NCBI GenBank assembly: GCA_051294375.1
Contig: CM119265.1
Coordinates: 18,225,567-18,289,566 of the forward strand
DNA: 64,000 bases
Origin: Paraspadella gotoi
Lineage: Eukaryota > Animalia > Chaetognatha
Reading direction: 5' to 3'
A program made the translations under genes and the position numbers. Shown here piece by piece: positions 51,960 through 64,000 of this stretch (position 1 is the stretch's first letter; every line of letters begins with the position of its first letter). The notes under the pieces are model-generated. The model had not been told where the DNA came from and did not search any database. It was given only the letters and a program-made list of their open reading frames with translations.

Positions 51960-53137
51960 GCCCTCTTCCTCACTCTTTCCATCTTTCTCGTTCCGTCTTC
52001 ATCTTCGCCAATTAAAAATCACTCACTTTCCCTCCCCCCTTTTTCACTTTCACATCATTCTTCTCCTCTTCACCCGACTCCATCAATCCGCCAACTCCCC
52101 ACCCGATCCACCCCCCCTAGCCCCCCCCTCTTTCCCCAACAGAAGTTGTCGGGTTCGTTTCTCTTTCCTCTTTTTTTTCTTTCCATTTTTTTTTCTTCCA
52201 AAAAGCAAACAACTCATAATTCTTTTTTCCTTCCATTTTTCTCATAATGGCATTTTTTTTTCCGTCCATTTCCTCTCCGACCGCGATTCCCATTTTCCTA
52301 CCAACTTCCATATCTTTTTTATTACTGTGTTTTTCTCCATTTAAAAAAAAAAAGATAATATTTTTAAAGTGTTATTTTCCCCGACTGTCGCTCGGATCGG
52401 TATCGCTCTCTTTTTTTTTTCTTTTTTCTCACTTACCCTTTTCCTTTCCTCAGTCACCAGTCTTCGTTATTTTCGACTTTTTTCCGACAAACACTTTCGG
52501 GTCTCCTTTCTACTCATCCTCTTGCTCTTTTCTGTTTTTTCCCCCACTTTCCCCAAAATCCCCTTTTTCTCTTCGCACTCACGTTGGCAAATACCGATAC
52601 TTTTCTTTTTCTTTCACAGCTCATCTCTAATGCGCTCTCCTAACTCAGACTCAATTATCCTTTTCTCTCCTCCTTTATTTTACGCTAAATACCAAATAGT
52701 TTAAACTTTTTCCTTGTCACAAATTTTCACTTATTTTTTTTTAAATTTAGGTTATTTCTTTCTTCCTCCTCCTTTCCTTTCTTCCTTCCTTCTCCCTTCC
52801 TTCCTTTCCTCTTTTTTCCTTCTTCCTCTGTTCAACCTTTATTCTTTCCTCTCTTCCTCCCTCTTCCTTTCCTCTCTTCCCCCTCTTCCTTTCCTCTTCT
52901 TCTCCCTCTCTTTCTTCCTCTCTTTTTCCTCCCTCTTCCTTTCCTCCTCTTTCCTCCCTCTTCCTTTCCTCTCTTCCTCCCTCTTCCTTTCCTCCTCTTC
53001 CTCCCTCTTCCTGATCCCTGCAGATGCTTCTTCTCGCACTAACCCCTTCCTACTTTTCGGCTTAAATTCGAAAGCTGAAACTTCCTCTGTTCTCTCATGG
53101 GGATGACGTGAAGAGAGAGAGAGAGAGAGAGAGAGAC

Positions 53138-53191
<54 letters not shown>

Positions 53192-53878
53192 GTACAACTC
53201 ATCGCAGTTTTTTTTTTTTCTTTTAACCTGCCGTAATTCCTCTTCTCTTAACATTTCAACTTTTTTCCACTTTCCTTATTACTTTTCCTCTTTTAGTAAA
53301 CCCATATTACTTTTCCTAACCTCCAACCCTGTAAAACCCTCAATTTTAATCCTTTCCCCATCCCTCTACTTCCCCTACGAATTTTTGTTCGACCTACTTT
53401 GGTGTCGACCTCATCAATTAAGGTCTGGCGATGCGGTTGGAATTTCAAATTCATTCCGAACATCACCTTTTCCCTCGTTTCATTTTTCTTTTTTTTCAAA
53501 TTTTCAAATATTGTTCCTCTAACAAATCCCTCTTACCATTCTTTGTTTGAATGAAAAGTTCCACTTTTTTTTTAATATTTAGGTCAACGCGTTCACGTTG
53601 GACATAAACTCATCATTCATCATTAACGACATCGTTGTAATCGTATATCTAAGTTATTAATGTACCGTAATAAAAAAAATATTAATTCAAAACTTGCTAC
53701 ATCTCCTACCCCTGGTGGGAATCCAGTTCTTAATGACGCCATTTCCTTCGCCGCAAAGTTTTTCTCCCCATTTTCGATTCACACTTCGCTTCACACATTC
53801 CCCCCCCCCTCTTCGCGAGAATCACGCTCGAGGAATTCCATATTTTTTTTTCTTCCTCTTCCTCCAGTTTCCAGTCAC

Positions 53879-53967
53879 CTGGTTCGATGTAATCCTTCTT
53901 GATCATGTCGGAGAGCCACTTTAAGTTGCAGTCGCAGTGAAGGGGATTTCCTCCGAGAGCCAGGTGA
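53879..53967 (-). CDS. slit: slit exon: start of the LRRCT
   Basis: cag|[29 protein letters not shown]|gtgac; 89 nt. Confidence 0.92.
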
Positions 53968-56310
53968 CTGGGGAGGGGTTTGAAGGGAGAGTTAAAGAAC
54001 AAATATTCATGTGAAGTGAGGTTTTAATCGAGGAAAATAATAGTAACCCGTGGAGCTTTGGAAAGTCTTAAGAATTTCTGGATTTGAAATTATTTTAATG
54101 ATAATTTATAATTCATAGTTCATAATATTAATTGTATAATATCACAAGGACCCATTTTAAATTTTAGCAATAAAGTGAAGGAGACAAAAAAAAATACAAT
54201 ATGTCCGACTGCTAAAAATTTAGTCGATCCCTATGTCTGATCAATACAAGCAGAAAATCGACGTTGACCTCGACTATCTTCGGCCGAAGCGGAATAGAGT
54301 AAAAAGAGTTGAAAGGTGCGTCAAAACGTGCCATGCACTGCGGTATACAATTCCTTTAAAGCATTGAAAGAAGGAGTTGTAGAAGACGGAGAAAGAGGAG
54401 AGAGGAAGGGTTTAGAGAGAGAGACCGGTGGTAAGTCGCCTCAGAGTATTTCTTTGATTTCGTCATTAACGAAGGTTTAAAAACTTTCCACAACGGCCTT
54501 CATGTTTGTGAAAAATATCAGTGTCTGTCTGTAATTACTTTCCTGGAATTCACTTATTCCATGTGTGAAGAGATTTCTTTGGTCTTCACGCTTGCAGACG
54601 AGCGTTGAAATCGTCGCCCGATATGAAATGTTTTAACATAAGTCTCGCCAAAATTATATTAAGAAAAAGTAGCGTTATTTAACTTTTAACTTTATTACGA
54701 CAATACAATCCTTTGGAAACTTGTAAAAGCGAAATTTCCAGCTGGCGGTACGATTTGATGAGAGTTTAAACGAAAGCTAAATTTGGTTTCATTTTCTCTC
54801 TCGAAAAACTGGATTCTCAGAATTCTCTTTGACATCTTTACCAATATTTGGTAACATTTTATCTCAGCCTCTTTTCAATTTGTTGGCGAGAGACGATATT
54901 TCGATATTCCTCTTTTAAACTTAAAATCATCCTTCATTCAAATCTCCAAGTATTGAATCTCCAACTGCGGCGTCGCCCGGCGTCGCGGGGCGTCGCGCGG
55001 CGTCGGATCTCTTCCGCTTCTCTTTGTGTTTCGGCGTCTTCGGGTTCTTTTCAAAGATTTGGCTGACGCCTCAATTCATCCTCTTAATGCGTAGAACATT
55101 AGCCCTTCCTTCTCCCCCACCAGTTTAGGCTTTCGTTAACTCCTCCAAAACACGATTCACTTCTGTTTCTCACTTGGCGTTCACTTCTCTTTACCACCAA
55201 CGCCATCACCATCATCACTACCCCCGCTGGTCTTCGTCCTCTACATACTGTAACCACCTCGTCTACTCTCCAGTCTCCACCCCTCTCCCTCCCAACCCCC
55301 TTCCCCCTTCCCCCTTCCCTTCCTCTCTCTCCTTTAAATCCCTCTCCAGTCGGCAATGCAGTCGCTTTATCTTCATATCCTTCGTCCTTTTCAAGAAAGT
55401 GAGGGTCATTGATCCAGATGCTTTTAGCGAAAACATATTTCACTCCGACGCCGACTTCTTTACCAAACGACTCGGCCGGACAAGCGAGAGCTCCGGCTCC
55501 AGCTCCCTCGCTCTCCCCCCTCCCCCCCCCCCCCAAATCCCCCCTCCCCCAAATCTCTGCCCCTTGACTTCAGCATCCCTCTATAAAGACCGGAATGGAG
55601 AAGGGTTGATGGCATTTTGACCGCGCATTGGCGCCGCCTCGGTTGTTCCCCGTCAGAGCGAGATCAAGTTCGAGACTTTCGGTAAAATTCATACTTGGCC
55701 GGAAAAAAAAATGTTCGAGAGAGAATTACAATTAACAAAATAATAAATGAAACTAAAATAGATTCTATACAATTTAACGTACAATTGTATACAATAAGTT
55801 GTACAACTTATCATCATTCCGTTCGCAAACGCTAAAAAAAACTCATTTAATCACATGCTATGTCATTATCTTGTAAGAGTGATGGAGGCCTTAAACCACC
55901 AAAGCCTGTCCAAGGTCAGGGGCAGGATAGCTTATTTATTAAATGAATGGATAATTTTTATATTGGTTGTACCAATTTCATATAATAAAATATAAATATC
56001 GTCGGTGCCTTTGGATCGAGCGTTTGCCGGGGTCTTTGACCGCTCAATTATAATTTCTCGTTCGTCTCACCTTGAGAATGAAATGCCCTTTTCTCCTTTC
56101 GTCAAGAGGTAAGTGACCTCAAAATCTCAAAACACTTTCCCTCCCTCTTCAAACAGTCGGGCCACTTTTCTTTTTCTCCATCCCCGTTCTCTCGAGTGAC
56201 TGCCGTTTGATTCGAACATCCCTTCTCCCTTTTTATCTCCATTTTGACCACCTTTTTCCACCCTTACCCATGGCCAACCACCCTTACCCAGTCCCCCGAA
56301 CTCTCCCCAC

Positions 56311-56430
56311 CTGAGCGAAGCCAAATCCTCGAAGGCGCCGAAGGGGATGAGCGAGACGTTGTTCCCGTGAAGAGACAGGATGCGGAGCGAGCCGAGACCC
56401 GCCAACGACCGGGCGGAGATGCACTGCAGC
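56311..56430 (-). CDS. slit: slit exon: LRRs of domain 4
   Basis: cag|[39 protein letters not shown]|gtggg; 120 nt. Confidence 0.92.
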
Positions 56431-57109
56431 CTGAGGGAGTGAGGGGGCGAGAGGGAGAGAGAAAGTCTGTAAGAAGGCTGAAGAGGGTCCGGATGTAAAG
56501 GGGCATGGTACTAGTAAGAAACGCTGCCATTTAATCAGAAAACGAAGGGGTTTTACTTTAAAAAGCAGCCATCGAACTGAATGGTTTTGCTCCGCCGAAC
56601 GGATAGGTCGAGAGTTGACAGTGAAAACAATTAATCTCTCTGACAACACGCGACGGGCGATAGAAGTTGGAAGTTGAATAAAGAAGAGTTGATTGACCGG
56701 TAATGATTGGGGCTGCTGACCGCAGGATCCGACGGCCGCTCATCACAAAAGAGCGGGTGGGAGGGGAAAAAAAATTATCGCTCCGAAGTTTCATCAGAAT
56801 CCGATCGACGTTTTAATTTTCGAATCTGACAAACTAATTTTTTTTTTCCCTTAAAATAATAATTACTGGGGATGAGCATCGTTTCTAAACAACTCATTGT
56901 TTATAATCAAATTTGGTAGCGTTCGATAGACAATTACAAACATTATCTACATGCATAATTTCATCATAATCCGACAATCCGTTCAAAAGTAATCGCCAAA
57001 GCAATCGCAAAAATCGCTCTTCAAACCGATCAACTTTCCTTTAAAATCGAGCTCGTTTTGATCCAACAAAGATTAGTACTATGCGTAGTACTAAGCTTTA
57101 GAACCGGCG

Positions 57110-57781
57110 CACAGTGAGATCCTGGGCCTGAATTTTTCAGAAAATCCCGTTCAGTTAAAAAATATTTTTATTATATATATATTAATTAATAAAAATATTT
57201 TTTTTAATTTATTTGAATATTAAAAAAATTAAAACATAATTTTTTTATAATTTTTAAATAATAAAATAAAATATTTTATAATAAAATATATATTATTATC
57301 AGATTATATAATAATAATAAAATAATAATAATAATAATAAAATAATAATAATAAAAATAAAATTATAATTAAAAAAATTAAATTAAAAAATAAAATATTA
57401 TATTTATTTTATTATTATTATTTTTATTATTATTATTATTATTATTTATTATTAAATAAAAAAATAAAATTTTTTTTTGATTTATTATATTAATATGATT
57501 ATTATATTTTATTAAAAATTAAAATTTTATTTAATCTTATATTTTTAATCATACCATAAATAAAAAACTCGCAGTTTAAAAAAATTAACTAATTTTATTG
57601 TAAAATATATTTTTTTATATATATATACTTTTTAATAATATGTACTACTTTCTCAGATTGAATAAAAAAATTATTTTCAATACTATAATTATATTATATA
57701 AATATTTTTATATATTATATAATAATATAAAAAATTTAAAAATTTATTTTTTAGCATTTTGAATTCACAAGCAATACTGTG
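57110..57781. mobile_element. Possible non-autonomous Transib-like element with an extremely AT-rich interior
   Basis: Begins CACAGTG (57110) and ends TACTGTG (57781). Flanked by CGGCG and CGACG, a near-perfect 5-bp CGNCG TSD. TIR similarity beyond the heptamer is weak. Confidence 0.4.
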
Positions 57782-59120
57782 CGACGATTTTTGTTTTAAT
57801 AAGTTTTTATTGGACTTTTTTTAAATTTTGCATTATATTGAGAAACGCTTTTGAATTAAGCCGCGCTCTACTCTGATTTGAATAGTAAAATCAATACAGT
57901 TTCTGTCAATTGTGATCAAAATTGAAAAAAATGAAGGCTTGACTATGCAGTTTTCACCTAAAAAACCAGTTCATTTGATTGCTTTATCAAGCAATTAAGA
58001 TTGCAAGAATTTTAATTTTGCTTTTTTTCATCATGTAGAGAAGACAATAAGGTTTCGGAAACTGTACTAATATGTATGATTTGGTCTTTTTAACTCAAAG
58101 CCAGGAGGTTTTCTTAAGAATAGGGAAAAAACGGCCTGACCAGTCCATTTAAATACCATTTTTGGGCATGATAAAATGGGAATTTCGATCGCGCTCTACT
58201 CCATTGGCTTCCCAAGACGCCAAGCTTTCGAAATCTGCCCATATTGACATAATTGTTTTGGCCTTGACTATGCAGTTTTGAATAGAAGTGAAATATAAAA
58301 GAAATCTTGATCGGAGCTTCGATTCGAACGATGCTCATCTCTATAATTACCGACAGCTGAACCGAAAATTTTCAATATAAGAAAAAAAATCATTTTAAAA
58401 GTTGTTAAACTAAATTTAATTTTAAAACAAGTTTACTTAGTGAAAGGGGGTTTAACGTGATATAAAACGCAAATTCACGTTCATTGATAGTTTGGATTTC
58501 ATTTTCCCCCCATTTTATTGACTAATTAAATATTTCTTTTTAAAAATCATCATCGAGATTGAAGTGGACTATCGAATAAAATATCACGCTTTTCCGACTT
58601 GTTCGCTCGTGCCACTACCATATGGCCATCTTCAACCGACAGCCGCCGCGCTCACGGGAGAAGCAGCACCGACTGTGAAGTCGACATCGAAATTAATGAA
58701 CGAATTAGGAATTCGAGAGGAAAAAAATAATTAGATGATGAAAGAAAACGAGATATTTTTTTTTCTTTTATTTATTCTTCTTCTGTTATGTTGATTTGGA
58801 TTGATGAAGGAAAGTTGAAAAATATTGATTAAAAAGAACATCTCGTTTGACTAATGAAGTCTCGTTTATTTGATTTCTTCATCTTTCTCATTTTTTTTTT
58901 TCATTTCCCCTTTTCTTCTTTCCTTAACAGTATTTTGTCCCCTTTTATCTCGTGTTTTTTGTAGCCATAAAAAAAAAGAGAATTTTTTCCCTCTTTTTTT
59001 AGGAACGTCCCCTAAGAGAGCTCCTAGTCAAAGAAAAGGGGAGAGGGCTTTATTAATATTTTTCTTTCTATTTCCCTTCTTTCTTTCCAATCTTGTTAGC
59101 TTTTTTTCTTTTTTTCAGAA

Positions 59121-59183
<63 letters not shown>

Positions 59184-59324
59184 CTTTGCTACTTAAAGAT
59201 AAGAATCCGTCGATGTCGTCGTCGTCGTTCAGTGAACATTTCTTTTTTAATTCTCAACTTTTTTCACTTCCGTTTCGAGGGAAAATTCGCAGAACTCTTC
59301 TCCAGTCACATTCTTGGTCCCCTC

Positions 59325-59386
<62 letters not shown>

Positions 59387-59489
59387 AGAAAGGCTTTTGT
59401 CAGGAAGAGAGAGAGAAAGAAAAAGTATCTTGGTATACAGGGCTTTCTGGGTCCACAGACTATCTGTGTCGACGGGGCGTATCATTTCT

Positions 59490-59552
<63 letters not shown>

Positions 59553-59716
59553 CTCTCCTCTCTTCTCTCTCCGCTTTCCTTCATTCCTGTCTCTCTCCTC
59601 TTATCAATTTTTCTTGTCCTGTTTGCGACCCGCCTCAAAAAAGAAAAAAAAAGAATAAAATCCTTTATCTCTCTTTGCGTTCTCTTTTTTCAAATGCGTT
59701 TCTTCTTTGGAGAGAC

Positions 59717-59749
<33 letters not shown>

Positions 59750-60665
59750 GAATATGACATATAGAGGAGATATGTACGACTTTTGTACGTAATATGTATT
59801 TTCTATGGCAAGCTTATCAAAGTATTTTAATGCCATGAAACTAATGTCGTTTAATTGACCAAAAACAATTATTTCTTACAGAATTTTTATATCTTCCTAG
59901 ATAGAGTAAACATTTCTCAAACTGCCTCTGATTTCCAATAAACTCAACATTATGTAACATCACCGCGTATGATGTCGAATTGTCCTTGATGTCAATGAAG
60001 TCCTGACTCATCACAATTTATAGTAATCACTTTTTAAGCGGAAACTCTCTCTCGCTATCACTCTCGAGTCTCTATATATAGATATATCACCATAACTGTC
60101 CAATTCGATCAAAGTTTGAATTATTTTCTTAATTTTTATTTCATTATTTATTCTTATTTTCTTCGTATAAATAAATAGCAAACGTAGTAGTAGGTCAAGA
60201 TTACCTTTTAACCTTTCTCTCTTTTTCAATCTTTCTCTCTCTGTCTCTAGTTCTCTCTTCTTAATTAAGGTTCATTGCTCCGAGTTCGAAGTTCTATCAA
60301 CTCAGAATCGCCTTCTCGTCAAAACTGCGTTTGTATTTCACGTGAGTTATCGTCGGTTGTAACAGAAAACAATTGTCGAGAGTCAAACTTTCCGACAACA
60401 ACAAATAAATTGTTCGGATTTTTTTTTAAAAAAAGGTTGAAAAGCCGGAGGGTTTTTTTTTTTAATATTTTTTTTTTTCAAACGCGTCGAGCTTAATACG
60501 AAACTCGGTTCATGTGACCCGCTGCTTTTTAACGAGTTATTATGATTTTCGTTGTCATCGTAAAAATGAAATCTGAGTTAAACTTCAAAATCGGCTTCAA
60601 AAGTTTGACGGTTTTAAAGACCAACTGTTTGACCAGAAAAATGAAAAAAAAAGTTATGTTTCCGA

Positions 60666-60703
<38 letters not shown>

Positions 60704-61351
60704 TGTGTGGGTGTGTATATTCGTACGTTTTTGCCCACGATAAATGTTATCCCAGCAAGAATTATGGCTGACGACAGCCTCAAGATCCGATCGCGGGGTC
60801 GCCTTCCGGCGTATTCGTCTCAAGCGTCTCCCACTGTACACCTCCTTCGCATTTTTTTTCTTTCTTTTTTATCATTTTTTTTTTCTTTTCGGAGTCGAAA
60901 GGCGATTATTCGTCGACAATACAGACGAACGCGAGGAGAATATTTTACCACCTTTCATTTCGTTTCTTTTTTCTTAGAAACAGAAAACTGCGAAGAAAAT
61001 GGTTTAAAGAACAAGAAAAAAATGGGACGAACCAAAAAAAAAAAAAGGAAGGCAAGAAAAAGAATTAAAAGAATGATTAAACAAAAAAGAAAAAAAAATC
61101 GCGGGTGAAACGGAATGAGGAATTTGAAGGAAAAGCGAAAGAATGAACAAATGAAAAAGGGGGAAAGACAAGAAAAGAAAAGCCGTGAAAAAGCAACTGC
61201 GGAAAAAAAAAAAGAGGGGAAATAAAAAAAGAGGGGAAATATCGCGCCTCCCTCCCAAATTCTTGCGAGGGGGTACGAAGGGAAAAAAAGGGAAGAAAAT
61301 TTCTGTACTTGTTGGTTGTTACCTTTTTTTTCTGGTTTAGATAAAAAAAAC

Positions 61352-61407
<56 letters not shown>

Positions 61408-62089
61408 TCAGCCGGTGATATTTGCTCGGACCTGTTTCAACATTTGAATTAAATCTAATTCATTTGTCTGCGTGTGAACGGAGCAATTTTCTTTAACCAA
61501 GGTCGACTCGAAAACATCAAAAGGTGACGAANNNNNNNNNNNNNNNNNNNNNNNNNNNNNNNNNNNNNNNNNNNNNNNNNNNNNNNNNNNNNNNNNNNNN
61601 NNNNNNNNNNNNNNNNNNNNNNNNNNNNNNNNNNNNNNNNNNNNNNNNNNNNNNNNNNNNNNNNNNNNNNNNNNNNNNNNNNNNNNNNNNNNNNNNNNNN
61701 NNNNNNNNNNNNNNNNNNNNNNNNNNNNNNNNNNNNNNNNNNNNNNNNNNNNNNNNNNNNNNNNNNNNNNNNNNNNNNTCGGGGAAAGAAACTCGAGCTC
61801 TGCGAAAGGAGCATCAATTGGGTAACATTGATAATTTTTTTTTAACTAGTGCAATAACTTGATTGATTTTTCGGACAATGATAACTTAGCATTATTCGTA
61901 ATGTTTTTCTTGATCTAGAAAGCAATGAAATTAAAGAATGTGCGGAGTCAAACAATTTTTTTCTAGAATTTTTGGTATCCTTGGTTTTAGCGTTTTGTGT
62001 AATTTGGTTTTCGCTTTCGGCGTTTGACCGTTTTGACCGTTTGAAAAACCTTACCCGCTTGCAAACAAAGATGTATTTCTCAAACTGAC

Positions 62090-62232
62090 CTGTTGTAGGA
62101 GAGCACGAGAGTGGAGAGTCTCGTCATATTCCCGAAGGCGTAGTCGGGGATGTAAGAGATGCGGTTGTTGCTCAGATCGATCCTCGTCAGATGCCGCAGG
62201 ATGCCGAGTTTGGAGGAGGGCAGCGCCGACAA
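62090..62232 (-). CDS. slit: slit exon: LRRs of domain 4 (upstream exons lie in gaps or beyond the window)
   Basis: cag|[47 protein letters not shown]|gtcag; 143 nt. Phase matches the 56430 exon. Confidence 0.92.
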
Positions 62233-64000
62233 CTGGAGAGAGAAAGAGGGGGGGTGTTTTGGGAGGAAAAATTCAGAACTTTCATTGTTAATCGACAACA
62301 ATCAATCAAACATCCAAAACGTGAGGGGCAGTTTATTCGTGATTTATTCTTTGTACCCCAACTCTCCGCGTCCGACGCGGCAGAGCCGCGAACGCTCTCT
62401 CTTGACCCAACGACGCCTCTTATTTCCGCCTTTAATTGGATGTTTGACGTTGAGCTTCGTGAGGGCATCGCGGCGGAAAAGGCGCCGGCGNNNNNNNNNN
62501 NNNNNNNNNNNNNNNNNNNNNNNNNNNNNNNNNNNNNNNNNNNNNNNNNNNNNNNNNNNNNNNNNNNNNNNNNNNNNNNNNNNNNNNNNNNNNNNNNNNN
62601 NNNNNNNNNNNNNNNNNNNNNNNNNNNNNNNNNNNNNNNNNNNNNNNNNNNNNNNNNNNNNNNNNNNNNNNNNNNNNNNNNNNNNNNNNNNNNNGCAAAA
62701 GCAAAAGAGGAACATAGTGGCAAACTAGTATAACACTAACAAACAAAACTTCAAGTTTTTGTTCCGAAGCCGAAGAGTTACGGCCGAATTTGCGTCGCAA
62801 GAATATTTATGGGAAACAAAATCGAAGGGTATTTTTTTTACGAGTTATACGTAGAATTTATAAATATATCCTCAGTAGGTATGATCTAATAGTTATGTTG
62901 TCGATATTTACTATTGTTTAATGATTATTTTATACTCTTAAAAGCATCAACCAAGGGCCATCATGAATTCAATGACCCTCGTGCACAACAACGTCTGGTT
63001 TTAAAGCGCAGGTGCTTTTCTCACTTTCATTCCGTTATTCGTCTTCACGTCTCCTCTTGTCGCCGCCAACGAGCGACTGTAGCCACAGAAAGCGCAATAA
63101 CCATGACGACGCTTGGCAAAGAACAACAACAACAACCTCGTCACGAACAGAAGGCGCCCGTAAACGCGAGAATAAACGCACTAAGCCTTTGCACAAAAGG
63201 TCGTAATAAAGCGTGAAGCGTGAAGCGTCTCAGTCTACAGTTTCTCTCTCTCTCTCTCTCTCTCNNNNNNNNNNNNNNNNNNNNNNNNNNNNNNNNNNNN
63301 NNNNNNNNNNNNNNNNNNNNNNNNNNNNNNNNNNNNNNNNNNNNNNNNNNNNNNNNNNNNNNNNNNNNNNNNNNNNNNNNNNNNNNNNNNNNNNNNNNNN
63401 NNNNNNNNNNNNNNNNNNNNNNNNNNNNNNNNNNNNNNNNNNNNGGCAGATGGCGGTCGTGCGGCGGCTGGTTCAGGTGGCGCGACAAAAGGCCCCCTGA
63501 CGAGCAGATTCAGAAACTCGTTAACTACGAGAGACGGAAAAAAAATGCGACGGTGGAATTTCGGCGCCGGTGCCATCGACGGTGCCATTCGATGCCACCA
63601 ACGCCGCCACCGTCTCCTCAGTCGATTCCCTCTTGTTTTTATCGATTCTGACCNNNNNNNNNNNNNNNNNNNNNNNNNNNNNNNNNNNNNNNNNNNNNNN
63701 NNNNNNNNNNNNNNNNNNNNNNNNNNNNNNNNNNNNNNNNNNNNNNNNNNNNNNNNNNNNNNNNNNNNNNNNNNNNNNNNNNNNNNNNNNNNNNNNNNNN
63801 NNNNNNNNNNNNNNNNNNNNNNNNNNNNNNNNNNNNNNTTGGGACGAGGGTTTGTGGTCAGAGCTAGATTTCGCTGAGTGCGTTGGGAGGTTCGACCTCC
63901 TGGCGCCAACAGTTCTGGTTATTTCCGTTTTTTGCTTACGTGCCAAATAGCCTACGCCTCTTGGCACCGGGCTGCGTGCCGTGCCAGAGCCTTCGCGCCA

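Overview
Draft-quality animal genomic sequence, probably arthropod, judged from a Drosophila-like Slit and spliceosomal GT-AG introns. It is rich in (CT/AG)n microsatellites, N-gaps and unpolished long-read segments with single-base indels. Protein-coding genes I could reconstruct by hand: (1) the 3' half of slit on the minus strand (LRR domain 4, six EGF repeats, LamG, EGF7, cystine knot; 62232 to 37641); (2) a trypsin-like serine protease nested antisense in a slit intron; (3) a 4-exon secreted C-type lectin; (4) a divergent WASP-like gene (basic region, CRIB/GBD, WH2, C, A) present as two inverted, error-ridden copies that are probably one locus assembled twice. The most notable element is a ~716-bp non-coding LTR-type retroelement in a slit intron (42001-42716), with a solo LTR at 3816-4082. 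Each LTR carries a circularly permuted (type-P5) twister ribozyme fold and Pol III-like boxes, and the internal region has a tRNA-Trp primer-binding site. This makes it a candidate animal 'twister LTR-retrozyme'. Its ribozyme activity and novelty are inferred from motif comparison and have not been tested.
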